Origin: Octopus sinensis
Taxonomy: Eukaryota
Reading direction: 5' to 3'
Length of the DNA: 64,000 nucleotides
NCBI RefSeq assembly: GCF_006345805.1
Contig: NC_042997.1
Location: 76,384,001-76,448,000 of the forward strand
Position 1 is the stretch's first letter; every line of letters begins with the position of its first letter. This document shows, piece after piece, positions 25,198 through 37,140 of this stretch. The notes beneath the pieces are model-generated. The model made no database searches, was not told where the DNA came from, and saw only the letters and a program-made list of their open reading frames with translations. Made by a program: the position numbers and the translations under genes.

Positions 25198-26079
25198 GTG
25201 TGTGTTACAATTTTGAACAAATAGTAAAAGGTTGTCATTATAGTACTTGGAGTTTCAAATGTTGGAATACAACACAATGACATGAAGCCTACTGTTCCTG
25301 CAGGGATCAAGATTTGTGCCCACTAAATGGAGCCTGTATGACCAAAGCCATTATTTATGAAACCACCGTAAATTCCACAAACGCTGATAATACAATTTCA
25401 TCCAAGAGATATTTGGGTGTCAGAGAGGGAAATTTCAAAGCAAGATTCCACAATTACACCTAAAGCTTCAGATATTGGAATAAACGAAATACTACCAAAT
25501 TTTCCAGTTATATATGGTTCTTAAAAGAACAAGGTGTCAACTACAGGATTTACTTGAAGATCTTAGCCAAGTGGAAACCTTATACCAACAGTAGTGTCAA
25601 GTGTGGTTTTTGTAATATGGAAAGATGACTCATCTGGAAAAGTTCCTTAGACCCTGCTACATGCTTAAATTCAAGAACTTTTGGATCATGTACATATGTC
25701 ATAAAATACCTGTTATGGTTTTGCGCCCTCCCCAAGATTACAACTAAAATCCACATTTCTACTATGTTCCCGCACAAGCTTTCCTATATGTTTTAACTTC
25801 CATTAATTTTTTACCTTTTATTTTGTATATTTTTTCATTTTTTCCCTTTTTCCTTATGTGAGTGTGTACATGTGTGTATATGTATGTACATATATTATCT
25901 CTGTGTGTGTGTGTATATATGTGTATGTATATGAGTGTAAGACTGTGTCCGGTGCATATGTGTGACGTTCATGCGCATGCCACCTTTATTTATACAAATA
26001 TGCATATGTTTGTATATGTGCAGGTGTAGGTTTGTGATGGGAGGATGTGTGTGTATATAAATATATATATATATATATG

Positions 26080-26925
26080 TCTCACCAAAGAAATGACCAG
26101 AGACCGAGACCTATGGAAGTATGCTGTGCGTCAGAAGACCTGGCAAGACCAGTGAGAACAATCAAAATCAAATCATATATCAGAAAGCAGGGGTTAAGTG
26201 ACCCATCTGTTCGTGTCCACTGTCAGCCTCGTGTGGCACCCGTGTCGGTGATACGTAAAAGCACCATTCGCTCGTGGCCGTTTGCCAGCTCTGTCTGGCC
26301 CCCGTGTCGGTGGCACGTAAAAGCACCATCCGTTCGTGTTCGTTGCCAGCCTCGCCTGGCCCCGTGCCGGTGACACGTAAAAGCACCATCCGTTCGTGGC
26401 CGTTTGCCAGCCTCGCCTGGCCCCGTGCCGGTGACACGTAAAAGCACCGTCCGTTCATGGCCGTTTGCCAGCTCCGTCTGGCCCCGTGTCGGTGGCACAT
26501 AAAAGCACCGTCCGTTCGTGTCCGTTGCCAGCCTCGGCTGGCCCCCGTGCCGGTGACACGTAAAAGCACCGTCCGTTCGTGGCCGTTTGCCAGCTCTGTC
26601 TGGCCCCGTGTCCGTGGCACGTAAAAGCACCATCCATTCGTGTTCGTTGCCAGCCTCGGCTGGCCCCCGTGCAGGTGACACGTAAAAGCACCGTCCCTTC
26701 GTGGCCGTTTGCCAGCTCTGTCTGGCACCTGTGCAGGTGGCACGTAAAAAACACCCACTACACTCGCGGAGTGGTTGGCATTAGGAAGGGCATCCAGCCG
26801 TAGAAACACTGCCAAATCTGACTGGGCCTGATGAAGCCTTCCGGCTTCACAGACCCCAGTTAAACCGTCCAACCCATGCTAGCATGGAAAACGGACGCTA
26901 AATGATGATGATGATGATGATGATG
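26080..26925 (+). mobile_element. RTE 3'-end fragment with nine ~61-bp hairpin repeats
   Basis: TAAAA(G/AA)CAC recurs at roughly 61-bp spacing from ~26256 to ~26745, followed by the RTE 3' tail and (GAT)n. Confidence 0.9.
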
Positions 26926-27297
26926 TATAGATATATATATGTGTATGCAGGAGTGCGAATGTATGTCTATATATATTTATGTATTATGTTACGTGCATGC
27001 ATGTAAGCACCTATTAGTATATGAAGATGTGGTTGCATACATATATACATATACATGTGTGCGTGTGTGGACATGCGTGTATGAGTACGTACATACATAT
27101 ATGTTTGTGTGTGTGGATGTATGTATGTATAGATGTTTGTGTGAGTGTGTACGTATGTAGACATTGTGAATGCAGAAGGTTTATGTCTATATATTGCAAG
27201 AATATGATTGTGTGTGTTTTTTATCTTTTTTCTTTTTCCACCTAATTAGAATTACTTCCCTTTTATTTAATGGTTTTTTTTTCATCGCGTCTATTGC

Positions 27298-27365
27298 CAT
27301 TAATAGCTGATGAGAATGTATCTTAGCTCTTCACTTCGACATTCGAAACTCCAAGTACTATAATG
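27298..27365 (+). ncRNA. Canonical type I hammerhead ribozyme in PLE pLTR
   Basis: CATTAATAG-CTGATGA-GAATGT...ACATTC-GAAAC-TCCAA-GTA-CTATAATG. Stem I has 8 bp with one bulge; the cleavage triplet is GUA. Confidence 0.92.
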
Positions 27366-27472
27366 ACAACCTTTTACTGTTTGTTCTAAATTATAACATA
27401 TATAAATAATCCTCTATTTTTCTAATATTGAGGTCTCATTCTTTTGTTGTTACATTTTAATTATTATTATAT

Positions 27473-27874
27473 ACTAGCAGTATCACCCGGCGTTGCTAGG
27501 GTTTGTAAGGGAAATAACTATATAAACATTTTTAGAGATGTAAAGTATAATAACCATCTCAATATGGCTAACCACAAAGGGGGGGGGGGTGTTACTGTAG
27601 CTTTTTACGTTCTGAGATTTAATAATATATTTTTAGAGAGTTACTTCCCTTATATAAACCGAGCGAAAATGCATTAAAATACGGTAAAATTATGGTAAAT
27701 TTTTTTTTAAATCGTAGACTCATCGTAGACATGCGCTAATACCCAGAAGGGCTCGATATGAATCACGACTATAAGATACCCGGTTTTGGTTAAACTGCAC
27801 CGCAAAATGTGGGAGTAGTTAGGAATCTAAATCGTAGGAGACAGACACACAACTTTACTTTTATATATAAAGAT
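27473..27874 (+). mobile_element. Non-autonomous Helitron/Helentron-associated element (DINE-1/Lep1-like)
   Basis: Starts ACTAGCAGTATCACCCGGCGTTGCTAGGG and ends ...GGAGTAGTT...ACAGACACAC...TTTATATATAAAGAT, the usual termini of this class. Confidence 0.7.
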
Positions 27875-27983
27875 ATATATACATACATGTATATTTCTTG
27901 AGCGTCAATAATACTTTAATTGTTTCACGTCCTGCTTTGCTGTTTTTTTCTCTTTTTTTCTGTGTTTTCTTGTTTGGATTAAC

Positions 27984-28017
<34 letters not shown>

Positions 28018-28203
28018 ATACTAAGCAATAAGGGTTTAGCAACGAGTTGCCTTACCACATACCGAATTTAGAAATAGCAGTCAAAGGGTTATAGCTATTT
28101 CTTCTACTAAAAAGGGAGATCTCAGTAAAAACAGCATTTGGAAGGCACAAACAGGTAAGAGAGAATGAATTGACTGCAATCTATCATACATTTTTTTAGT
28201 TAT

Positions 28204-28315
28204 CCACGGACGTACGTTTCGAAATCAAGTTTTAAGGAAAGCATACGAATTAAATATTAAATATTAAATAATAAATAATTCTATCTTACCGAAACTTCTT
28301 TTCTCTTCAGCGTAG
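28204..28315 (-). ncRNA. Type I hammerhead ribozyme, left arm of palindrome
   Basis: Reverse complement of 28377-28488. Confidence 0.9.
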
Positions 28316-28376
28316 AATACTATAATCATACTAAAATACTAAAATTCAATATATAATCATTTATGATTATAGTATT

Positions 28377-28488
28377 CTACGCTGAAGAGAAAAGAAGTTT
28401 CGGTAAGATAGAATTATTTATTATTTAATATTTAATATTTAATTCGTATGCTTTCCTTAAAACTTGATTTCGAAACGTACGTCCGTGG
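28377..28488 (+). ncRNA. Canonical type I hammerhead ribozyme with long loop II, right arm of palindrome
   Basis: CTACG-CTGAAGA-GAAA ag AAGTTT...AAACTT ga TTTC-GAAAC-GTAC-GTC-CGTGG. The stem III palindrome is ACGTACGT. Confidence 0.9.
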
Positions 28489-28774
28489 ATAACTAAAAAA
28501 ATGTATGATAGATTGCAGTCAATTCATTCTCTCTTACCTGTTTGTGCCTTCCAAATGCTGTTTTTACTGAGATCTCCCTTTTTAGTAGAAGAAATAGCTA
28601 TAACCCTTTGACTGCTATTTCTAAATTCGGTATGTGGTAAGGCAACTCGTTGCCAAACCCTTATTGCTTAGTATTACTTAAATTTTCCTCGAATGAGGCT
28701 TTTACATGCCGAAGACTACTTGGTGTAATTGATAATTTTTCCAAATTAATTAATTTCACCCTTCATTATTACGG

Positions 28775-28775
<1 letters not shown>

Positions 28776-28833
<58 letters not shown>

Positions 28834-29162
28834 ACATATATATATATATATATATGTATACATATATATATATATATATATGTATACATATATATATATA
28901 TATATGTATACATATATATATATATATATATGTATACATATATATATATATATAGTATACATATATATATTATATATATATATGTATACATATATATATA
29001 TATATATGTATACATATATATATATATATATGTATACATATATATATATATATATGTATACATATATATATATATATATATGTATACATATATATATATA
29101 TATATATGTATACATATATATATATATATATATGTATACATATATATATGTACACACATATA
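28776..29162. repeat. (TA)n with periodic TGTATACA
   Basis: Direct inspection. Confidence 0.95.
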
Positions 29163-31480
29163 TATCATCATCATTGTCATCATCGTTTAACGTCCACTTT
29201 CCATGCTGGTATGGGTTGAACTGTTGGACTGAGGGCTGGCAAGCCAGAAGGCTGCACCAGGCTCCAAACTGATCCAGCAACATTTCTACCGCAGCATGCC
29301 CTTCCTAACACCAACTACTATGAGAGTGTAGTGGGTGCTTTTTGTGTGCCATTGGCACAATTGCCAGTCAGGCAGTGCTGGCATCAGCCATGCTTGAATG
29401 GTGCTTTTTATGTGCCACCAGCATGCTTATCAAACAGGCACTACTGTCATCAGCCTCAACAACAACTTCACTTGTCTCAATAAGTCTTTGCAAGTGCAGT
29501 TTATTGCCCGATAATTGAAAAGTACTCTTAAATGGGCTGGTTATGCTGCACTGGCATAGGCCATGGTTATGGTCTCACTTGGCTTCCCGGGTCTTCTCAA
29601 ACACAGCATATCTCCAAAGGTCTAAGTCACTTGTCATTGCCTCGGTGAAGCCCAGTGTTCGAAGGTTGTGCTTCACTTCCTCATCCCAGGTCTTTCTGGG
29701 TCTACCTCTTCCGCAAAATTCTTCTACTGCTAGGGTGTGACTCTTTGTCACACAGCTGTCCTCATCGATACGCAACACATGACCATACCAGTGCAGTCGT
29801 CTCTTTTGCACACCACATCTGATGCTTCTTATGTCCAACTTTTCTCTCAGGGCACTTACACTCTGTTGTGTATGCACACTGACTTTACACATCCAGCGGA
29901 GCATACTGGCTTCATTTCTTGCAAGCTTACGCATGTCCTCAGGAGTCATGGCCCATGTTTCACTGCCATGTAGCATGGCTATTCATATACATGTGTCATA
30001 CAGTCTACCTTTTACTGTGAGTGAAAGGTCCTTTGTCACCAGTGGATGTAGGAGCTCTCTGAACTTTACCCAAGTTATTCTTATTCTAGCAGCTACACTC
30101 TTAGAGCATCCACCACTGCTACTGACTTGATCACCAAGGTAATGGAAGCTATTAACCACTTGTAGTTTTTTCCCCTGGAACGTGACAGATGATGTTTTCT
30201 GCACATTTTCAGTGTTGATTGCCCCTGAGCATTCCCAGTTAGCCTTGATATTGCTGCACCTCCTATGTATCCATAGTTTACACTGGGTACATCTTATGGT
30301 GTTTCTATCTACGCCTTACCTACAGATTGAGCAGGGCCATCTACCTGAAGGTTTTTGTGGTTTCTCTGCCTTCCTACTTATGGTTTTTGCTAGATTGACT
30401 CTAAGGCCCTTCGATTCTAGACCTTGTTTCCACACCAGAAACTTCTCAATGAGTTCTGATAGTGACTCAGCAATTAGAGCAAAGTCATCAGCAAAGGAAA
30501 GCTCCCAGGGGCAATCTGTCTTGAATTCCTCTGTTATTACTTGGAGGACTATGATCAATAAGAGGGAGCTGAAGACTGATCCTTGGTAGACCTCTACCCC
30601 TACCCGGATTTCTTCAATGTACTCGTTGCCAACCCTCACCTTACTGACAGCATCCCTGTACATAGCTTGTACAGCTCTCACTAACCACTTATCTATCTCT
30701 GGTTTCTATATTGATCACTAGATAAGGGATCAGGGGAGCTTGTCAAAGGCTTTCTGCATGTCAACAAAACCAGGTACATAGGTTTATCTTTGGCTAGGTA
30801 TTTCTCCTGTAACTGTCTTACCAGACATATAGCATCAGTGGTGCTTTTCCCTGGCACAAATCCAAACTTCATCTCATCTAAAATTACTCTCTCCTTAAGT
30901 AGTTGGGCTATGACCCTCTCCGTGACTTTCATTGCCTTGTCCAACAACTAGATACCTCTGTAATTATTTGTATCTAATGCATCACCTTTACCTTTGTAGC
31001 AGTTGACTATGGGTGTTGCTACACCAGTCATTGGGCATGACTCCTTCATGTATCACCTGATTGACTATACAGGTGATGACACTATAGCCGACACTACCAG
31101 ATATTTTAAGCATCTCTGCAGTGATTCCTGATGGGCCGAGGGCTTTCCCTGTCTTGAAACCCTTAATTGCTTTATCTCCCAAAGTACTGTCAATTCGGAT
31201 AGCTGTTCCTTTTGTTGGGTCAACATTCGGCAGTCTCTGTTTCTCCCATTCATTCTCTTCATTTAGCAACCTTTCATAGTGGCCTCACAAGTATCTCTCT
31301 TTACAGCCTCATTAAACACAAGTGAGCCATCATCCATGCAGACACATTTTTCTCCTACCACATCACGACTCTCTCTCACACACACTGTCTTGCAACACAA
31401 AATACCTCAAGTCTTTCGTACTCACAGCACAGAACATTGGCAAATTTTTTCTTATCTGCTTCCCCTCTGGCTAAATACAC
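29163..31480 (-). mobile_element. RTE-clade LINE, 5'-truncated, decayed
   Basis: Minus-strand RT motifs (FGFVPGKSTTDAI, YQGS, FADD, RLHWYGHV), 3' UTR and a (GAT)n tail at ~29165. Confidence 0.92.
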
Positions 31481-32128
31481 ACACAAGTACCAACTAGCAT
31501 ATATGCACATGCATATACATACATGCGCAATGTATGTATATGCATATGCATATATGCTAGTTGGTACTTGTGTGTGTGTGTATATATATAAATGTAGATG
31601 TATACTAAATTGTCGTTTTTAGCTGTATAATATATATTTATGACATGGTATATTGTGACTTTTTATACATTATTTAGCATTATTTTATTGAATATTTTAT
31701 ATTGAATTAAGTAATTTACTGGCGTGCTATACTGTATAGTATTATATTATGCTGGTGCTGTATTTTATGTGGTACTTTCCATCTACTATGTTTTGTGAAT
31801 AGCAGAATGCACATATTCTTTTATTGGTATTAATAATAATAATAATAATAATAATAGCCTCTTGTAATGTAATACAATGATCTCTAGACTTTGTATACGT
31901 ACACTTTGATGTGGATATATGTATGTATATTCTAGTATATAGATCTGATTAACTGTAACCTTATGTGTATGTATATTATTATGTATATACTTATATATAT
32001 GTATATGTTGGTGTATATACACTTATATGTATATGTATATATACTTATTTTTGTATATGTGTACCTTCTCTAATATTCATATTTGCACTTTATATCTTCA
32101 TTTTATACCTTTATAATTGTACTTTATA

Positions 32129-32260
32129 ATCTTTGATGAGGCCTTGAGATATATATATATATATAAGTAACTCATTTATAACTGCATATTACCTCAATAC
32201 ATCTGACTAATAGGAGTATAATGAGATACTCTTATCTACAGGCTGAAACAGCTGTAAGAT
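32129..32260 (+). ncRNA. Type I hammerhead ribozyme, C3U variant with long loop II
   Basis: ATCT-TTGATGA-GGCCT...AGGCT-GAAAC-AGCT-GTA-AGAT. The stem III palindrome is ACAGCTGT. Confidence 0.7.
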
Positions 32261-32528
32261 CCATTTTATATTTATATGTATTGTTCTTATGGTATTATCT
32301 TACTTATTGATGTGTACTGTTTTATTCTGTATTATTCTGTTTGATGATTGAAAGAAATCTATTCCTCCATTTTCTTATTAAGTGTACATGTGCTATATTT
32401 GTGTAAGTGTGTATCCATCCATTCAAAACCACCCACTCATTCATTTATTCATGATTATGAAAATAAAGAATTACTCTGTTGTAACTGATTTATTGAGAAT
32501 AGCTTTACTATCTTTCTGGACTTTACAG

Positions 32529-32701
32529 ATCCACAAAATACATGCCTGATTGCTAATGGTACCAAATCTGGATTAATTGGATGGTGGGCAGGTCTCAGTG
32601 CAGCACTGACAAATGTGAATCAGTGTAGAGTAGAAGACCGACCTGCTGGACTACATTGGCTTAAATATCAAAATCCCTTGAACCCAAATTATCCTGACCA
32701 A
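32529..32701 (+). CDS. MEGF8: MEGF8 internal coding exon
   Basis: tttacAG...GTAAGT splice sites; 173 nt (phase 1 to 0). Reads PQNTCLIANGTKSGLIGWWAGLSAALTNVNQCRVEDRPAGLHWLKYQNPLNPNYPDQ, matching my recollection of vertebrate MEGF8 (GWWG...C...PGLHLLTFQQPPN.SQPDK). Confidence 0.88.
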
Positions 32702-33269
32702 GTAAGTTATTTTACTTCTCATTTATTTAGAGAAATAGGTTAATGTAGTATAGTTAATTCATTGATTCTGAACAAGACAGCTTCCTCTTCAATTCATTCA
32801 TTTGAATCTAACAACACAGAAATGTGAAAATTATTACACAGCTGATATCTTCTGTTTTAATGTAGGATACAGGCTACCATTCATTATATACATATAAACT
32901 TCTCCATTTATTATGTCCTACTATAATCTCAGTTAAATTTATGGTGGTTGAATATGAAAATTTTATACTATGGCAATAAAATAATTTCCCACACATACTT
33001 GAAGGTAGGAAATACATATCTAGTGCAGCAAAGAATTTTTGAGGAATATTGGTAGGTATTGAGTATGTGAATGATGCATTATACCAGATAATATCTCTTG
33101 ATTTATTCTTTCTATTATTTATATATATGCTTTTCTTAGTATTATTATTGTTAGCATTGGATTTTTCCTACCATAATTTTTATTCCTAAATTTATAAATA
33201 TCAGTAGAATCCTCCTGCTCTCCCCTCCATCCTCCTCCTCCTCCTCCTAAGAAGAAGAAGAAGAAGATT

Positions 33270-33643
33270 GCTTTATGCATTTATTTTTATTACACTCCCT
33301 GTCAAGTTCCAACTTATTTAATATTCTATCATTTCCAAGAATTTTATTATTATTTTGATTCTGGATACTGTAAATTTTGTCTTTAGACCAAGCTTCAAAT
33401 AATGCTTGGCTATAGTAATTTTGATTTAAGTGTAAATAAATCCTCATTACCCAAAAACCTTCAAATATGAGTTGATATATTTTTAATGATTGAATTTATG
33501 ATGCTTCTAGGATGATTAGAATTTTTATTCTCATACCTTAAGCACTCATTTGGTTTATGATATGGTTGGTATAGTTCAGTACTTAAATCCAGTGATCGCT
33601 TCAAACAAGCATACTGAAAAAAATAAAAGTCTAATGGTTTCAC
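33270..33643 (-). mobile_element. Naiad-like PLE RT thumb fragment
   Basis: Minus strand reads LDLSTELYQPYHKPNECLRYENKNSNHPRSIINSI. Confidence 0.75.
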
Positions 33644-34152
33644 TTCCTAAGAAAGACTATGGATAGACTCTATCTCCTCAGAAAAATTGCTAATAAAAAC
33701 ATTTTTGAAGTTTTTACTTCATTCCGATGTAAAATTGTCTTTGCTGTCTCTATCGCTGCTTTGTTTCTTCAGAATCGCTGCTTTCAGTTTCAGATACAGA
33801 AATATCCTATTCATTATTGTACACCACATGCTTTTGTACCTCATTCATTCTTTTTCTCGATATCTCCATATTTTCCGTTGAAAAAGCTTTAAATTCAGAA
33901 TCACTGCTTGATAACATGAAACTCCTATCCATTTTCAAAGTTGAAGAAAAATCGATGCCGAGAAAATGTGGAAAATAATCTCCCAAAATTCACCAAGTTC
34001 AGATATCACGTCAAGCAATGTCAGATACTACAACTCAACTATTTACAAAGTGAAATCCCGTATTTTCACAAATGTACTAATGAGATTTGTGCTTAAATTC
34101 ACATTTAAATAACAATGGGTACTCTCAGCCGGGTTAGTATCAAAAGGGTTAA
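33644..34152 (-). mobile_element. 5' end of a diverged piggyBac family, lying between two pieces of a PLE
   Basis: Minus strand starts TTAA-CCCTTTTGATAC. MDRSFMLSSSDSEFKAFSTE parallels MDTNFIISSSESEFEGFSTE of the 9 kb and 14 kb copies. Confidence 0.8.
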
Positions 34153-34329
34153 AGAATTTGAAAAGATTTTGTCATCACCTTTCTAAATTAATCTTATGAA
34201 ATCTATATTTATGAATAGAGCATAATCTCTATTCATATCATCCATCTCATAATTTGGGAATTTCACTATGTATACAATTAAGAATATAAATACTCACTAA
34301 ATTGGTTACTTGAACTGAGTCACTGGAGC

Positions 34330-35110
34330 CCATAGTAATGTTGAAATAATCAGGTCTATCAGTTCTATTGTAGTACTTTAATCGAATTCAGTTATGGTTT
34401 TCCTAGCCTTTAGTATTATATCAACTTCACATTTGGATAAATCTGAATTCTTCCAAAAATTAAAGCCTTATTTAGTAGTATAGGGTTGATGGATGACTGA
34501 TAATTTGATATATCCAACTGAATGAATTTAGTATGTTTTTATCCTTAATATTAATGAACCAATCAATAACTTCCAAGACCATAAAGATTAATCAATATTT
34601 TGTTTAAGCTTTGGAATATGTTTATCAATAATAAATTTACTAATCACACCAATATCTGATTTAGATGGGCAAATAAGTCTAACTTGTGGATCAGTATTTA
34701 TGATCTTTTAAGTTAATTCTGGGTGTTTTGTGAGTGTAAGGTTCAATTGTCAGCTTGTAAATCTTCAACTATGTCTTTCACAATTAAATAAATGTTAAGT
34801 CATTTTTCCTCAGAGGTCATTTTATAACCCATTGCAATTTGTTTTTTTTTAAGTAAAGAGAAGTATATTTCAGGTTCCAAATGATAAAGGTTTCTAGTTT
34901 TATCGGCATGAACATATATTTCAGGTTTATCCTAAATTCTTTCAATAATTGCTGCAATTTTCTTAGATGAAGGTTTCTTCTCACAGGGAATCAATGGAAT
35001 TTAACATTTTTAACAATATTCCAAAGTTAACCTTCAGGACATAAATATTTGTTTGATACTATTAAGATCATTATTAAATCAACCATCACAACCATTCTTC
35101 TTGTCAAAGT
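34330..35110 (-). mobile_element. Naiad-like PLE RT N-terminal fragment, heavily decayed
   Basis: Minus strand reads PQVRLICPSKSDIGVISKFIIDKHIP...IILKARKTI. Homologous to 48230-48900. Confidence 0.75.
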
Positions 35111-36539
35111 AGTGTGCACACCATCCTGTGTGATGAATAAGTGAGTGGGTCTTATCAGTGAGATTTTTTATATGTTCTTTTTTAGGTGGTAAAGGTATGT
35201 CCTTTAAAGATGCATCCATAAACACTTTCTCCAATTTCAAGGATAATCCACTGTAAGCACTCTAAATGAAAAGAATAATAGAGTATATAATCAGAATACA
35301 AAAGGGATTAAAAAATACAGGCAGATATAAAGTGCTCAGTTTTAAATGAATTTAGTCAATTATATCAAACAATTAGACACCAATAATTGCAATTAGAATA
35401 CATAAACATGGTAATTCCTCATGTGTGACAAGTAGATCCGAATATTATTTAGAAGAATTTCAAGTAATTCAGAATATTAGATAACAAAAATACAGATAAA
35501 AAAAATAACATCTCTACAAAGCTGACTGTTGTGTTTGTTGCCTCAGCATATTTAGATACAGAAAATACCATTCAAATTACTATATCCATGTTGACACGAT
35601 GTTTTCAAGGTAATCCAAAAATGAGTTAAATTCAAAGACATGGCTACAAACTGTAATATACTAACCCATACACATGCACATGACAGAGAGAGAGAGAGAT
35701 GCAAATGCCTGTGCAGATAGGGATACATACTGCAGGATAGGGATACAAGATGAAATAGACAGGACAAGACCAGAGAGGAAAATCATGCAGTCATGAAGAG
35801 GAATGTTTTTGCTTTATTTTGATATGAATGAAAATCAATGGCGGTAAGTCAGATAATCATTATGAACTATAAAAGTGAAAATTTTCGTTCATTTTCACTT
35901 AGAAAGGAACATATTTTCTTCAAGATTTTTATGACAAATTCAATATTGTTATTGCTGAATTGACCACAATATGGCAAAAGAGTGCAAAGCAAGTAAAGAA
36001 GGTAGAATACTGAGGCTACTTGCCAAACTGATATATATGTGTGCACAGCAAGAGGTCAAGCAGGACAGGAATCCAAGGGATTGAATATCGAGTATGAGCC
36101 AGAATTTCAAGAAATGGATGAACTAATTACTAAGTAAACATATATTTCTATCCAAAAATGCACTAAATTGAGCCCAAACTTTGCATGGATTTGTCATATT
36201 GAGATTGTTGTTTCTTCCCTCTTGCTGTTGTGAAAACATGTGGAGAGGCACTAGGTAAACCTAGCTAATATTCTTGTACATGTAAATTTAATTTTCCTTT
36301 AAGAAATATTGGTCAAATTTCACTTATAAAAATTATATTGTGCAATTAATATGATTTTGGAGATTATTGAAGTCAGATATGATATATTTCTAATCTCAGT
36401 TTTGAATATAGTCGGTAGTATTTACACATTCATTTTGGGTTTTTTCTCTCTTTCATATTAGTGAGTTTGTTGTAAGTTACAGTTGTTTTAATGTCTTTAA
36501 TTTATGTTTTTAATGCTTAAAGCAAAGAATTAGTTTTCA

Positions 36540-37140
36540 CGTCATCATCATCATTGTTTAATGTCCGTTTTCCATGCTGGCATGAGTTGGATGGTTTGAC
36601 TAGGGTCTGGGAAGCCAGGAGGCTGCACCAATCTGATCTGGCAGTGTGTCTACAGCTGGATGCTCTTCCTAACGCCAACTACTTCAAGAGTGTAGTGGGT
36701 GCTTTTTACGTGCCACGGGCACAGGCCAGAGGAGCTGGCATCGACCATGATCGAATGGTGCTTTTTACGTGCCACCAGCACGGATGCCAGTCAAAGTGGC
36801 ACTGGCATCAGCCACATTCGGATGGTGCTTTTTACGTGCTACCAGCACAGGGCTCACAACTACAATTTCCATTTGATTTGATTTTGATATTGCTGTTGAT
36901 GTTGATGTACTTGACTCAATAGGTCTCTTCAAGCACGACATGTCACCCTACAATCCAAGGTACTTTTGAGTGGGCTGGTTATGTGACTCTGGTGTATGTT
37001 ACAGCTGTGGACTCACTTTATTTGCTGGGTCTTCTCAGTCACAGCATACCTCCAGAGGTTTCAGTTTTTTGTCATTGCCTCTGTGAGGTCCAGTATTCAA
37101 AGGTCATGCTTCACCACCTCATCCCGTGTCTTCCTGGGTC
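36540..37140 (-). mobile_element. RTE 3'-end fragment
   Basis: (CAT)n tail, GTGCTTTTTACGTG repeats and the end of the RT ORF. Confidence 0.85.

Larger units (their letters stand above)
25203..27420 (+). mobile_element. 5'-truncated PLE (Naiad-like GIY-YIG) with inverted pLTR piece, split by later insertions
   Basis: 25290-25720 reads CSCRDQDLCPLNGAC...IIYE...YLGVREGNFKARFHNY...YIWFLKE...CGFCNME. 25203-25263 is an inverted copy of 27339-27400. Confidence 0.8.
28018..28674. repeat. Fold-back palindrome: 313-bp arms, 31-nt spacer
   Basis: 28018-28330 and 28362-28674 are reverse complements, with one mismatch seen by eye. The sequence continues past the right arm to (TA)n at ~28775. Confidence 0.95.

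Noticed and set aside
25626-25628. In-frame TGA in a Naiad-like endonuclease as selenocysteine
   Set aside because: The same frame has a TAA stop, the TGA is not at an evident Cys position, and I recognised no SECIS.
26200-26750. CRISPR-like array
   Set aside because: Whole units repeat with no unique spacers, there are no cas genes, and the context is a eukaryotic LINE 3' UTR.
26828-26850. CTGATGA followed by an AGCC/GGCT hairpin as a hammerhead
   Set aside because: No GAAA follows the stem. It is a variant of the RTE 3' tail.
28688-28730. Second HHR-like motif (GAATGA-GGC...GCC-GAAGAC)
   Set aside because: The core is broken at both ends, the triplet would be GUG and there is no convincing stem I.
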